Assembly: GCA_964450885.1 (NCBI GenBank)
Contig: CAYVFE010000002.1
Span: forward strand, 15,192 to 79,191
Reading direction: 5' to 3'
DNA: 64,000 nucleotides
DNA from: an uncultured Gammaproteobacteria bacterium
GTDB lineage: Bacteria > Patescibacteriota > Microgenomatia > Levybacterales > GWA1-39-11
Each line of letters opens with the position of its first letter. Within the stretch, counting starts at the first letter, position 1. A model generated the notes under the pieces. The model was given only the letters and a program-made list of their open reading frames with translations. It did no database searches and was not told the origin of the DNA. The position numbers and the translations under genes are program-made. Shown in pieces: positions 29,003 to 37,821 of this stretch.

Positions 29003-30274
29003 ATGGCGACGGGAAAAGACTACGATGTAAAGGATCTAAAGCTTGCTGAGAGTGGAAAATTAAAAATAGAATGGTCAGAACAACAGATGCCGGTCCTGCG
29101 ATCGATATCCGAAAGATACGCGAAAGAAAAACCTCTAAAAGGACTTACCATCGCAGCTTGTCTCCACATAACCTCAGAAACAGCAAACCTGCTTATAACA
29201 CTTAAAAAAGGTGGCGCAAAGGTTGTCGCCACTGCCTCAAACCCACTTTCTACCCAAGACAATGTAGCAGCAGCACTCGTGAAGCACTATGGAATATCAA
29301 CCTATGCGATAAAAGGAGAAAATAGTAAGTCTTATTATTCACATTTGAACTCAGCGTTAGATAGCAGACCACAAATCACTATGGATGATGGAGCAGATCT
29401 AGTCCATCTCCTACATACAAAAAGACAGGATCAGCTCAACGGGATCTTAGGATCCTCAGAGGAAACAACGACAGGAGTTATCAGACTCAAGGCTATGGAA
29501 AAAGATGGAGCACTAAAGCTCCCTGTCATCGCGGTAAATGATTCGGACACGAAGCATCTTTTTGACAACCGTTATGGAACTGGCCAGTCGACCATAGATG
29601 GCATAATAAGAGCTACAAATATCCTTCTCGCCGGTAAAACCTTTGTCGTCTGTGGATATGGCTGGTGCAGTAGGGGAATTGCTATGCGTGCAAAAGGAAT
29701 GGGCGCTCACGTCATAGTGACGGAGGTCGATCCGGTCCGCGCGCTGGAAGCTGCTATGGATGGATTTATGGTCATGAGGATCAAAGAAGCTGTCAAAAAT
29801 GGAGATATCTTCGTAAGCGCAACGGGCGACAAGCACGTGATAACCGTAGACCATGTAAATAACATGAGGGATGGTGCGATCATCGCAAATTCCGGTCATT
29901 TTGATGTCGAGATAGATATGGCAGGGATAGAAAAGGAGAAAAAGAGCAAAAGAAGGATCCGAAATTCACTGGACGAATATGTCCTCAAAAACGGTAAAAA
30001 ACTTTATATCCTGGGTGAGGGTAGACTGGTCAATCTCGCAGCAGCTGAGGGTCATCCTGCAGAGGTTATGGATATGTCGTTCGCGAATCAGGCATTTGCC
30101 GCAGAATACTTTATCAAGAATAAAGGAAAGCTTGAGAACAAAGTATATGTGTTACCAAAAGAACTCGACAAAAAAGTCGCCAGTATCAAGTTAAAAGCCA
30201 TGGGAATATCCATAGACACGTTGACGAAAGAGCAATCGACCTACCTCTCCTCATGGAACGAAGGCACGCAATAG
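29003..30274 (+). CDS. ahcY: Adenosylhomocysteinase (S-adenosyl-L-homocysteine hydrolase)
   Basis: 423 aa. NAD-binding [11 protein letters not shown], and AhcY-conserved regions throughout. Confidence 0.9.
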   Translation: MATGKDYDVKDLKLAESGKLKIEWSEQQMPVLRSISERYAKEKPLKGLTIAACLHITSETANLLITLKKGGAKVVATASNPLSTQDNVAAALVKHYGISTYAIKGENSKSYYSHLNSALDSRPQITMDDGADLVHLLHTKRQDQLNGILGSSEETTTGVIRLKAMEKDGALKLPVIAVNDSDTKHLFDNRYGTGQSTIDGIIRATNILLAGKTFVVCGYGWCSRGIAMRAKGMGAHVIVTEVDPVRALEAAMDGFMVMRIKEAVKNGDIFVSATGDKHVITVDHVNNMRDGAIIANSGHFDVEIDMAGIEKEKKSKRRIRNSLDEYVLKNGKKLYILGEGRLVNLAAAEGHPAEVMDMSFANQAFAAEYFIKNKGKLENKVYVLPKELDKKVASIKLKAMGISIDTLTKEQSTYLSSWNEGTQ

Positions 30275-30350
30275 TTCTTCTTGCAATAAAAATCGCACAG
30301 TGAAATAATATTCTAAGTATCTGTAATTTACGGAAGGAGGTGAATAAAAC

Positions 30351-30761
30351 ATGATGGACGTAAATTGGATCGCAATTATTATCGCTGCTATTGTCTACAA
30401 TGCCATAGGATTCTTCTGGTACTCTGACTCTCTTTTTGGAAAAATGTGGAGAGCCGAATCAGGCATGACAAAAGACAAAATCACAGAGGGATCAAAGAAT
30501 ATGGGTCGGATGTTCGTATTCATGGCAGTAGGATCTATAATCATGGCATATGTTCTCTCCGTAGTCTTTTCTGTATTTGAGGCAAATACGCTTTCTGCGG
30601 GTCTAACAGGAGCTTTTTGGCTTTGGCTGGGATTTGTAGCAACTATAATGTTAAATAGCGTAACTTACGAGATGAAATCCTGGCGTTATTATTTTATAAA
30701 TGCTGGTTATCAGCTCGTTGGGATTCTTGCTATGGGAGCAGTTCTTGTGCTTTGGGTATAA
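30351..30761 (+). CDS. Hypothetical 4-TM membrane protein (DUF1761-like)
   Basis: 136 aa, hydrophobic. SD AAGGAGGTGAATAAAACATG. Confidence 0.4.
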   Translation: MMDVNWIAIIIAAIVYNAIGFFWYSDSLFGKMWRAESGMTKDKITEGSKNMGRMFVFMAVGSIIMAYVLSVVFSVFEANTLSAGLTGAFWLWLGFVATIMLNSVTYEMKSWRYYFINAGYQLVGILAMGAVLVLWV

Positions 30762-30841
30762 AAGCGATTTGAACCCAAGAAAACAATTCCGCTGATGCGG
30801 ATTGTTTTCTTTTTTTAAATTCTCAAATTTGACTAACAAAC

Positions 30842-31129
30842 CTACGCTATCATCAATGATATTAGCGCAATAAGTCCTAATGATTCCCAATAGTTGATCT
30901 CCCTAAAGCCAAATACGAGTGGTACTATATTATTCCACAAAGCCTTGAACCAGAAATTTAAGACGGGAATAAGAATAAGTGCGATAGCATAGACTGCTAT
31001 GAATTCACCGAATGAACCGATCGGCTCAGTAGGCAACAGATATGGATCAGCAACCATCCCGAACAGAAGAACAGCAAGAATGGAAATCGCAACCAGCGGT
31101 TTGTTGACCTTTTTTTCTTTAGTGGCCAT
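30842..31129 (-). CDS. Hypothetical small membrane protein
   Basis: 95 aa, 3 predicted TM helices. Confidence 0.3.
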   Translation of the reverse strand: MATKEKKVNKPLVAISILAVLLFGMVADPYLLPTEPIGSFGEFIAVYAIALILIPVLNFWFKALWNNIVPLVFGFREINYWESLGLIALISLMIA

Positions 31130-31159
31130 ATAATATCACCTCCCTCTAGATTTAAACTG

Positions 31160-31231
31160 AGCGGGAGACGGGATTTGAACCCGCGACCTCCTCGTTGGCA
31201 ACGAGGCGCTCTACCACTGAGCTACTCCCGC
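31160..31231 (-). tRNA. tRNA-Gly (anticodon GCC)
   Basis: Reverse complement GCGGGAGTAGCTCAGTGGTAGAGCGCCTCGTTGCCAACGAGGAGGTCGCGGGTTCAAATCCCGTCTCCCGCT. Confidence 0.75.
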
Positions 31232-31330
31232 AGCGTCGGAACGCAGAATGATGCTTTCGATCTGTTTAAAATCAGATCTTCAGCTTTCATTCTCTTCCTC
31301 CTTATTTCAAAACTCTAAAGAGTTTTGACA
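31232..31330 (-). repeat. tRNA-leader structured element, copy D (5' of tRNA-Gly on the minus strand)
   Basis: Minus-strand sense: TGTCAAAACTCT-tt-AGAGTTTTGAAATAAGGAGGAAGAGAATGAAAGCTGAAGATCTG-attttaaa-CAGATCGAAAGCATCATTCTGCGTTCCGACGCT then the tRNA. Confidence 0.6.
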
Positions 31331-31511
31331 AATTGCTGCGCAATTTATGTATTTTAATTTTTAAAAGACCTTTTATCTTCCTTATTTAGACTCCGCTATA
31401 CGTAATCGGCAGTAATCTCGCAAAGCGAGATTAAGTTGCGAAAAAGCCGACATGATGAATGAAGTCAGGTGTTCCACCTGACGAAATGTGAATGTCGTGA
31501 CTTTTTCGCTG

Positions 31512-31584
31512 TGCCGAGACCAGGAATCGAACCCGGATAACGTGTTCTTCAGACACGCGCCTTGACCAACTTGGCAATCTCGGC
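31512..31584 (-). tRNA. tRNA (anticodon GAA, Phe) - assignment tentative
   Basis: Reverse complement GCCGAGATTGCCAAGTTGGTCAAGGCGCGTGTCTGAAGAACACGTTATCCGGGTTCGATTCCTGGTCTCGGCA. 73 nt, T-loop GGTTCGATTCC. Unusual D-arm. Confidence 0.5.
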
Positions 31585-31683
31585 TCGTCGGAATGCAGGA
31601 TAGCGTTTTCGAATTTAGCTAAAACTAAATTCTTCAACATTCATCCTCATCCTCCTTACTTCAAAATACTTAGTATTTTGACA
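31585..31683 (-). repeat. tRNA-leader structured element, copy C (5' of the tRNA at 31512-31584 on the minus strand)
   Basis: Minus-strand sense: TGTCAAAATACT-aa-GTATTTTGAAGTAAGGAGGATGAGGATGAATGTTGAAGAATTTAG-tttta-gCTAAATTCGAAAACGCTATCCTGCATTCCGACGAG then the tRNA. Confidence 0.6.
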
Positions 31684-31856
31684 ATTAACTTGTTAAATTG
31701 CAAAGCAATTTTTCTCTAAAAAAGTAATTCCGTTTCAGCGAAATTAAGTTGCGAAGCAGCAAGCCAGAAAGCGAAAATCCGATCTAGTCGGATTGGAACG
31801 TCAAGGCTTTGACTGATTCGTATGTAGTATAGTGAATTTTCAGGCAAAACTCAATA

Positions 31857-32171
31857 TTAAGAAAGTTTTCTAGCTCTTCTATAATGGAAGGCAAAAAGCG
31901 CAGATCCTACCACGAGGAATGTAATTGAGCTTGATATATCAGTAACTTCTTTAACCTTTCTTTCACGCGAAAGCTCTTCTAGACATTTATCTTGAGGCTG
32001 AGGGTAGCTGCAGCGTCCTGCTTCATAAGGCAAATAGTAGTTATCCAGAAACACCTTTCTGACTCCGTAGTCAGACAATTTGAATACGCCTATTATGAGA
32101 AGAATTATCCCTATGGCTGAAAAGACATAAAAGTATGCAGTTCTTATAGAATGGCCCAAATTAGTTGCCAT
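31857..32171 (-). CDS. Hypothetical small membrane protein
   Basis: 104 aa, two TM helices and a Cys-containing loop. Confidence 0.3.
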   Translation of the reverse strand: MATNLGHSIRTAYFYVFSAIGIILLIIGVFKLSDYGVRKVFLDNYYLPYEAGRCSYPQPQDKCLEELSRERKVKEVTDISSSITFLVVGSALFAFHYRRARKLS

Positions 32172-32226
32172 AACTAAATAATAGTAAAAATTGCCAAAAT
32201 ATACAAACTTTCTGTCGAAAATCGTT

Positions 32227-32308
32227 GTGCCCGGGAGAGGATTTGAACCTCCACATCCATGGGATACAGCGTTCTGAACACTGCGCGTCTACCATTTCGC
32301 CACCCGGG
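32227..32308 (-). tRNA. tRNA-Leu (anticodon CAG)
   Basis: Reverse complement GCCCGGGTGGCGAAATGGTAGACGCGCAGTGTTCAGAACGCTG-long variable arm-GGTTCAAATCCTCTCCCGGGCA. Confidence 0.7.
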
Positions 32309-32443
32309 CATAAAAATCAGTTAACTTTTTTAATTTTACCTCATTTTGACTTTAGAATAAACCAAATATCTGTATTACTAATTTATAGTTTGATTACCTT
32401 AAATACCTTGACACCAAAACGTGAAAATGGCAGGATGTAGGAT

Positions 32444-33037
32444 ATGGGTAGGAAAATCATTTTAACCGGTGCTTATTTCTTTAGCTCACTAGTACTACTT
32501 CTAATACTCACAGCAGCGCTGCTTTCGACGCTTTTTAGCTCAAATGAGCTACACAAGACACTAATCTACGATAGTGATGTTCAAAAACCCAAATATCAGG
32601 CATTACCCGAAAAGGTCAAAGAAGTTACTACAACTGCTACGACAGAAGATGGCAGGGTAGGAGCACTTGAAAGATTTTTTGCTGGTTACGAGTCGCCACT
32701 TGAACCACATGCTCAGCTAATTGTCGATGAAGCTGATAAGTATGGCATGGACTATAGACTGGTTCCAGCTATCGCAATGAAGGAGAGCACGCTTTGTCAT
32801 AAGATAATCAAAAATACACACAACTGCTGGGGATACGGGATATATGGAGACAAAGTAACTTACTTTGATAACTACGAAGAGGGAATCCGTACGGTCTCCA
32901 AAGGTCTGGGAGAAAGATATATCGGGATCGGACTCGTCGATCCATATGAAATTATGACTAAGTATAATCCAGTAAGTACTGGTTCGTGGGCCGAAACTGT
33001 CACTTTTGTGATGGAAAAGATATCCACACGTCTATAA
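32444..33037 (+). CDS. Membrane-anchored putative peptidoglycan hydrolase-like protein (glucosaminidase/GH73-like fold), paralog 1
   Basis: N-terminal TM. Region LERFFAGYESPLEPHAQLIVDEADKYGMDYRLVPAIAMKESTLC resembles the ESxxG-containing helix of FlgJ/GH73-type muramidases. Paralogous to 33238..33801. Low certainty. Confidence 0.35.
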   Translation: MGRKIILTGAYFFSSLVLLLILTAALLSTLFSSNELHKTLIYDSDVQKPKYQALPEKVKEVTTTATTEDGRVGALERFFAGYESPLEPHAQLIVDEADKYGMDYRLVPAIAMKESTLCHKIIKNTHNCWGYGIYGDKVTYFDNYEEGIRTVSKGLGERYIGIGLVDPYEIMTKYNPVSTGSWAETVTFVMEKISTRL

Positions 33038-33237
33038 TTAGCCTCAAAACTGGCCCAACAGCCTGTAGTTTTACCCCTTGACAAACCCATAGTTACTGCT
33101 ATAATACGCATTAGGTCCTAAGGTAGCCCAAAACTACTTTAGGATTTTTTTATGGTTTGACTATAGTAATTCTATAGATAAGCCTCTTCTATATTTTCCC
33201 CAAAGTTTTAGTAATCATCAATCTGCCTTTTGACGGA

Positions 33238-33801
33238 TTGAAAGTTACAAAAACTATGAAAAGAATACTTATAACAGTCGTGATAATTATTATTACGGCC
33301 CTAGTATTGCCACAAAATGCAATGGCTTTTGAGAAGCAACAAACAGCTTCTGCGAGGCTTGCTATAACTATTGAAAACGAAAAGTCTGACGATATACGTG
33401 TGCAGGCTTTAGAGAACATCTTTGCAAAATACAATTCACCACTTGCAGGAGAGGGTAAATCGTATGTTGAACTTGCCGATAAGAACGGCGTTGACTGGAA
33501 GTTACTTCCGTCTATCGCAGGGCTTGAGTCATCTTTTGGTAAGCGCCTGATGCCTAATTCATATAACGCGTATGGGTGGGGTGGAGGACACATTTACTTT
33601 GACTCATGGTCGGATGGAATTGACACTATCACAAAGTCTCTTAAGACACGCTACTATGCACGTGGGGCGGATACAGTGTGGACGATCGGTCCTATATATG
33701 CTGAGTCTCCAACATGGGCTGTACGCGTAAACTCTTTTATGGAGAAAATCGAGAAAGAATACGTCGATCTGCTTCGCAATGAAGTAGTGATGACTATCTA
33801 A
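33238..33801 (+). CDS. Paralog 2 of the putative peptidoglycan hydrolase-like protein
   Basis: LENIFAKYNSPLAGEGKSYVELADKNGVDWKLLPSIAGLESSFG ... YGWGGG parallels 32444..33037. Confidence 0.35.
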   Translation: MKVTKTMKRILITVVIIIITALVLPQNAMAFEKQQTASARLAITIENEKSDDIRVQALENIFAKYNSPLAGEGKSYVELADKNGVDWKLLPSIAGLESSFGKRLMPNSYNAYGWGGGHIYFDSWSDGIDTITKSLKTRYYARGADTVWTIGPIYAESPTWAVRVNSFMEKIEKEYVDLLRNEVVMTI

Positions 33802-33848
33802 TTTGTTGATTGGAAAAACTGAGCGTTTTCATAGTATAATTCACCTTA

Positions 33849-33929
33849 CGCCCGGGTGGTGAAATGGTAGACGCGCTGGTTTTAGGAACCAGTACCGAAA
33901 GGTGTGAAGGTTCAAGTCCTTTCCCGGGC
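33849..33929 (+). tRNA. tRNA-Leu (anticodon TAG)
   Basis: GCCCGGGTGGTGAAATGGTAGACGCGCTGGTTTTAGGAACCAG-long arm-GAAGGTTCAAGTCCTTTCCCGGGCA. Confidence 0.7.
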
Positions 33930-33930
33930 A

Positions 33931-34027
33931 CTACGTCGGAATGCAGGATAGCGCTTTCAATCCGATAAATCGGATTTTCAGCCTTAATCCTCATCCTCCT
34001 TACTTCAAAAAGCTGATGCTTTTTGAC
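33931..34027 (-). repeat. tRNA-leader structured element, copy E - inverted, abutting the 3' end of tRNA-Leu(TAG)
   Basis: Minus-strand sense: TGTCAAAAAGC-atca-GCTTTTTGAAGTAAGGAGGATGAGGATTAAGGCTGAAAATCCGAT-tt-ATCGGATTGAAAGCGCTATCCTGCATTCCGACGTA. Same architecture as copies A-D but not followed by a tRNA on its own strand. Confidence 0.55.
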
Positions 34028-34102
34028 AGAAAAATATAACATTAGAGCTCTTAGGAAAAAGTCTAACTTTACAAACCTAACCTCAAACACTATAATATCC
34101 AA

Positions 34103-34987
34103 ATGGCAAAAGACACGAAAACAACCAAACAAAAAAGCCCTGCTGCAAAACAAGAGCAGAAAAAAGAACTCGTGCGCCGCGATGACGGCACTATCGAATT
34201 AAATATTACGGTTCCTGCTGCAACAGTCCAAAAGGAAAGAGGCAAGATCGAAGACGCACTAGTCAAAGGCATAGAGCTTCCTGGTTTTAGAAAGGGAATG
34301 GCACCAAGAGATCTAGCGTTAAAAAAAATCTCTGAGGAAAAAATCCGCGAAGAGCTGCTTCGTGAAGTAATTACAAATGAATATAGAAAAGCAGTTGAAA
34401 AGCACAAACTTCAACCTGTTATAAATCCACAGATACATATCGAGGCATTCGAGAATGGTCAGGATTTGCAGTTTACTGCAGAAATTGCCGAAGAACCCAA
34501 GGTTGAATTAGGTGATTACAAAAAAGCCATAAAAGATGTCAGCGCAAAAGGAAAGATCGTCACAGAGAAAGGCAAAGAGCCGCAGAAACCGTCAATCGAT
34601 GCTGTGATTGCCGCCGGAATGTCTCAGGTAACCGTCAAAATCCCCAACGTAATCATCGAACGCGAGGTCAGCAGACTATTATCCCAAGTAATTGATGAAG
34701 TAAAACAGCTAGGCATGACTCTGGAAAACTATCTTGATTCAAAAAAGATCTCTGTAGAACAGCTGAGAGAAGAGTACAAGAATAGGGCGGAAAGAGACAT
34801 AAAACTTGAATTCTTCTTGAGAAAAGTCGCTGATGAAGAAAAGATAACGGTCACAGCAGACGATATTACTGCTGCTATCGCAAAAATTGAGGACAAGGAT
34901 CAACAGGAAGAAATCAAGAAAAATCCATACCTTGTGGCAAGTATCATAAGACAACAAAAAACTATTGATTTCTTGACTCAAATTTGA
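34103..34987 (+). CDS. tig: Trigger factor (short form, apparently lacking the PPIase domain)
   Basis: Ribosome-binding signature LPGFRKGMAPRDL (TF GFRxGxxP motif), then a TF C-terminal-like arm. Only 294 aa. Confidence 0.6.
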   Translation: MAKDTKTTKQKSPAAKQEQKKELVRRDDGTIELNITVPAATVQKERGKIEDALVKGIELPGFRKGMAPRDLALKKISEEKIREELLREVITNEYRKAVEKHKLQPVINPQIHIEAFENGQDLQFTAEIAEEPKVELGDYKKAIKDVSAKGKIVTEKGKEPQKPSIDAVIAAGMSQVTVKIPNVIIEREVSRLLSQVIDEVKQLGMTLENYLDSKKISVEQLREEYKNRAERDIKLEFFLRKVADEEKITVTADDITAAIAKIEDKDQQEEIKKNPYLVASIIRQQKTIDFLTQI

Positions 34988-35019
34988 GGAATTAGCCTCA
35001 ATATGTTATAATCTAGGGC

Positions 35020-35631
35020 ATGAAATCCAACGCCAACATAATAGGCTCAAGCCTTACAGAGGCAGGAGAAGGTCTATCACAAGGCCTTAAGAGTCTATTT
35101 GAACAAACTCACAAAACAGCTACCGGACAGCTGAGCGAAGCACGAAAAGATGCTCAATCCCAGGTATTTGGACTTGAAAAAGACCTAAAAGAAGGAGATG
35201 AGATGGATCTATCGGGAAGTGAGGCAGAAACAAAAAAACCTATCAGCGCTGAGCACCAATCATACTTTAGAGAAATCATTTCTACCCCGACAAGAGCGGA
35301 ACACGAAGACCGGGCTCAGCTAAAGGTACAGATTGAGGAAATACGAATCGAAATAAAAAAGTTAAAGGATGCATCAGCAGAGATGGAGATAGTCTTTAAA
35401 GAGGTCTCTACCCAGCAGACTCCTGAAAAACCTGGCAAATATCACCTCAATTTTTATGAGTGGGTATTTCTGACTATCCAGAATGCAAGACAAAGGATGG
35501 AAGAAGTAAATACACTGGGATCAATGGTAAGCAATAGGAAGAAAGAAAAACAGTATCTTGCGATGAGCAAGAAGCACGGAACGAGCTTCTCACTAAATAA
35601 TGAGCGCGCGATAGCACGACAGTCAGGCTGA
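35020..35631 (+). CDS. Hypothetical coiled-coil protein
   Basis: 203 aa, charged, no recognisable motif. Confidence 0.35.
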   Translation: MKSNANIIGSSLTEAGEGLSQGLKSLFEQTHKTATGQLSEARKDAQSQVFGLEKDLKEGDEMDLSGSEAETKKPISAEHQSYFREIISTPTRAEHEDRAQLKVQIEEIRIEIKKLKDASAEMEIVFKEVSTQQTPEKPGKYHLNFYEWVFLTIQNARQRMEEVNTLGSMVSNRKKEKQYLAMSKKHGTSFSLNNERAIARQSG

Positions 35632-35691
35632 TAAATTTTTCATTCTCAATTCTCCTTTATTAGTTTTTTTTTCGTGGGAAAAATAGGTAGA

Positions 35692-35775
35692 GGAGACGGA
35701 TTTGATGTATTGGGGCCGCGAAAATTCGCGAGCGTTTCGTGATGTGCACGACCCTTTTATCAAAATCCGTCTCCG
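35692..35775. repeat. Large inverted repeat GGAGACGGATTTTGAT...ATCAAAATCCGTCTCC enclosing an inner CGCGAAaaTTCGCG palindrome, at the left edge of the GC-rich island
   Basis: 15-16 bp arms read directly from the sequence, about 50-nt spacer. Lies 3' of the minus-strand ORF 35799..36275. Confidence 0.5.
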
Positions 35776-35798
35776 CATCTTTGCGAAATCAGTCGCCC

Positions 35799-36275
35799 TT
35801 AGGCGAGTGCGTAACCATGCCCGCGTCGGTACGAGCGTTCCCTGCGGTCCAGACGGGCCTTCCTGCGCTTGTTGCGCGAGTTCTCAGTCCTGTTGTGGAC
35901 CAGATGATTGAGGGCGGTAACCCTCACAGCCTTGCTGCCAAGCGTGGTGCGTGTCTCGATGACGAGAATGCCGGGTTCGTGCACGAATGCACCTGAACGG
36001 GACTGCGGCTTGCGCAACCTGACGATCTTGTACGCCACGAGCGGTTCGTTTCCCTCGAGAGGGAAGAGCGACAGTGCGACCATCTGGTCGTTGACTGGGC
36101 GCTCCCATACCGTCAGGTCCACACGGACACGATGGACTTCCCAGTTGCCCTCCTGAGCGGGTACCACCTCATAGGTGATGCCGTCCCCGAATATCTTCGG
36201 CAGGATGCCCCCTTCGACGACCGCCGAAAGGTTGTTGATGGCAACGGGAAGATCCGTAAATGGCCTCTTTGCCAT
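35799..36275 (-). CDS. Hypothetical 158-aa protein with an Arg/Lys-rich C-terminal tail, encoded in a compositionally foreign (GC-rich) island
   Basis: Good SD (GGAGGTGTAGAAAATGGC). Non-repetitive, beta-rich-looking sequence ending ...NRTENSRNKRRKARLDRRERSYRRGHGYALA. Other-frame ORFs in this block look like GC-driven noise. Confidence 0.4.
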   Translation of the reverse strand: MAKRPFTDLPVAINNLSAVVEGGILPKIFGDGITYEVVPAQEGNWEVHRVRVDLTVWERPVNDQMVALSLFPLEGNEPLVAYKIVRLRKPQSRSGAFVHEPGILVIETRTTLGSKAVRVTALNHLVHNRTENSRNKRRKARLDRRERSYRRGHGYALA

Positions 36276-36540
36276 TTTCTACACCTCCAGGTGTACTGAA
36301 CTCTGGCGTTGACGATAGGATGGTGCGCCATGCGGCGCAGGGTCTTTCTGACCGGAAAGTTGATGATTGATGTCTTTTATTCCCGGAGAGTTTTTTGCCG
36401 GGAAAACCAATATCCCAATAACACCTCTTTCTTTTGGGGCTGGATTTGTTTGGTTCCCCAATTCTGAGTATATAGTCTATACCCAGAGTAGGAGAACCAA
36501 ATAATAATTTCGCAAAGATTTTAATGTGCAAAAAGACAAT

Positions 36541-36575
36541 AAAAAAACTCCCCGTGCATTTTGGGGAGTTGTTCG
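36541..36575 (-). terminator. Rho-independent terminator (minus-strand sense AACTCCCC-aaaatgcac-GGGGAGTTTTTTTATTG) upstream of the island promoter region
   Basis: 7-bp GC-rich stem plus a U7 run on the minus strand. Would insulate the island gene from read-in. Confidence 0.5.
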
Positions 36576-36715
36576 ATTGGTCTTTTAATTATTCGACAAA
36601 TAACTCCCCCTACGCCCCAAGGACGAAACGGAAAGTATTTTTAATCGAATAATTGCAAACCATAACGCAATGTTAGCAAACGAAATGACCGCCGTCAAGA
36701 CCTTTATGCTGGATA

Positions 36716-36868
36716 TTGACATACATTTTAATGAGTGTTATTCTACATTTAATGAACACGATACTTTCTCACAAGCTGTCACTTAGCGCTCTTCTGGAGC
36801 TTGAGTAACCGCTTGGGAGGAAAGTACTGATTTTCTTATAAACCTCCCACTAGGGGAGGTTTTTTTTG
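36716..36868 (+). promoter_or_regulatory. Candidate promoter (TTGACA-17-TATTCT) plus attenuator-type leader for the small-ORF cassette
   Basis: -35 TTGACA at 36716 and -10 TATTCT 17 nt later. The leader contains CTTGGGAGG (segment 1), CCTCCCAC (segment 2), GGGGAGG plus T7 (segment 3), forming mutually exclusive antiterminator (1:2) and terminator (2:3) helices. Segment 3 doubles as the SD of ORF 36874. Confidence 0.45.
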
Positions 36869-36873
36869 TGGTT

Positions 36874-37101
36874 ATGGAAAGAAATAATTATATACCTGAA
36901 GACCAAATCTCGCATTACGATGCGATGGGTAATCCTGTAGCAAAGCCTGAGTGGAGAGCGCAATACAGAAAATCAGCAGAAACATTTGTCGTAAACGAAA
37001 TCGTAGACAGGCAAATCAGCGAAATATTGGAGGGCGAATTCATAATTAATCCTACAGTAGACACTCAGATAGAAGAGATTATGAAAGAAGCAGATTTTTA
37101 G
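36874..37101 (+). CDS. Small acidic hypothetical protein (75 aa), first of three
   Basis: ATG 36874 (the track lists GTG 36868). MERNNYIPEDQISHYDAMGNPVAKPEWRAQYRK... Confidence 0.4.
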   Translation: MERNNYIPEDQISHYDAMGNPVAKPEWRAQYRKSAETFVVNEIVDRQISEILEGEFIINPTVDTQIEEIMKEADF

Positions 37102-37117
37102 AAGGAGGTGATAATTT

Positions 37118-37375
37118 ATGGAAAGTAGAGAAACGGGTCCAATTTTTAATCTACAAGCCAGTGAAACAAGAGGGGGTGGATATAAGGCCTTGGAAGTGGA
37201 GGCGATAGAAAATAGCGTCTCAAGATATAACTTAGAAAAAGAACGGGAACAGAGGATGGAAGAAGCGGGTTATGATCCCAGGATCTTGGCTACACGTGCA
37301 GAAATGGAATATAGAGGGTTTGAGATGCAACAAAGCGCAGAATATCCAGTTGGAGAGAGCGCCCAGAATATATAA
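37118..37375 (+). CDS. Small acidic hypothetical protein (85 aa), second of three
   Basis: Preceded by AGGAGGTGATAATTTATGGAA, identical to the initiation region of the third ORF. Confidence 0.4.
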   Translation: MESRETGPIFNLQASETRGGGYKALEVEAIENSVSRYNLEKEREQRMEEAGYDPRILATRAEMEYRGFEMQQSAEYPVGESAQNI

Positions 37376-37488
37376 TATTGACAGACACTGCCGGCAGTGT
37401 TAAATTAGTCATTAATGAAAACAGGCTTGATAGTAAATAGTTATTGGTTTAGCTTCCGCTAACGCGGAGGTATTAACCTGTTTTAAAT

Positions 37489-37526
37489 TACCTTCGCAGA
37501 CTCAAAAGAGTCGGGGCGGAGGTTTT
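37489..37526 (+). terminator. Intrinsic terminator/attenuator hairpin (CCTTCGC...GCGGAGG plus T7) in the leader of the third small ORF
   Basis: Upstream alternative hairpin CTTCCGC-taac-GCGGAGG (37452-37470) can compete, giving an attenuator-like arrangement. Confidence 0.4.
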
Positions 37527-37551
37527 TTTATTTGAGAGGAGGTGATAATTT

Positions 37552-37821
37552 ATGGAACAAAGATTAACCGGGCTAGCTTGGATAACGAAAACGAAGGAAG
37601 TATATGATTCTATCCCTGGAGGTTCGAACTACCTGATAGACCCTTGCGAGATAAATATGGAACTTGTCAGAGAGAAGTGTGAGAACTGGACTGGCGAGGA
37701 ATGCGCTCTGGGCGTAGTTATGAAAGAAGGAATAGCGTATTGTCCGCTTCAAGAACAAAAACAAATTACTCTTAGAAATAGTTTTGGCTCTAACGAAGCC
37801 CCAACCCAAGATACTGCTTAG
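37552..37821 (+). CDS. Small Cys-containing hypothetical protein (89 aa), third of three
   Basis: MEQRLTGLAWITKTKEVYDSIPGGSNYLIDPCEINMELVREKCENWTGEECALGVVMKEGIAYCPLQ... with four Cys. SD AGGAGGTGATAATTTATGGAA. Confidence 0.4.
   Translation: MEQRLTGLAWITKTKEVYDSIPGGSNYLIDPCEINMELVREKCENWTGEECALGVVMKEGIAYCPLQEQKQITLRNSFGSNEAPTQDTA

Noticed and set aside
33794-34153. Track ORF (119 aa, - strand) containing an RRMRIKAENPIYRIE peptide similar to one in ORF 27746
   Set aside because: The shared peptide is just the translation of the conserved tRNA-leader element. The frame runs antisense through tRNA-Leu(TAG), and copy C of the element has an in-frame stop.
35702-36531. Multiple overlapping track ORFs in several frames (35702..35911, 35739..35996, 35884..36108, 35908..36156, 36113..36331, 36169..36531, 36279..36461)
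   Set aside because: Typical stop-codon-poor noise in a GC-rich segment. Only 35799..36275 has a proper SD and protein-like composition.
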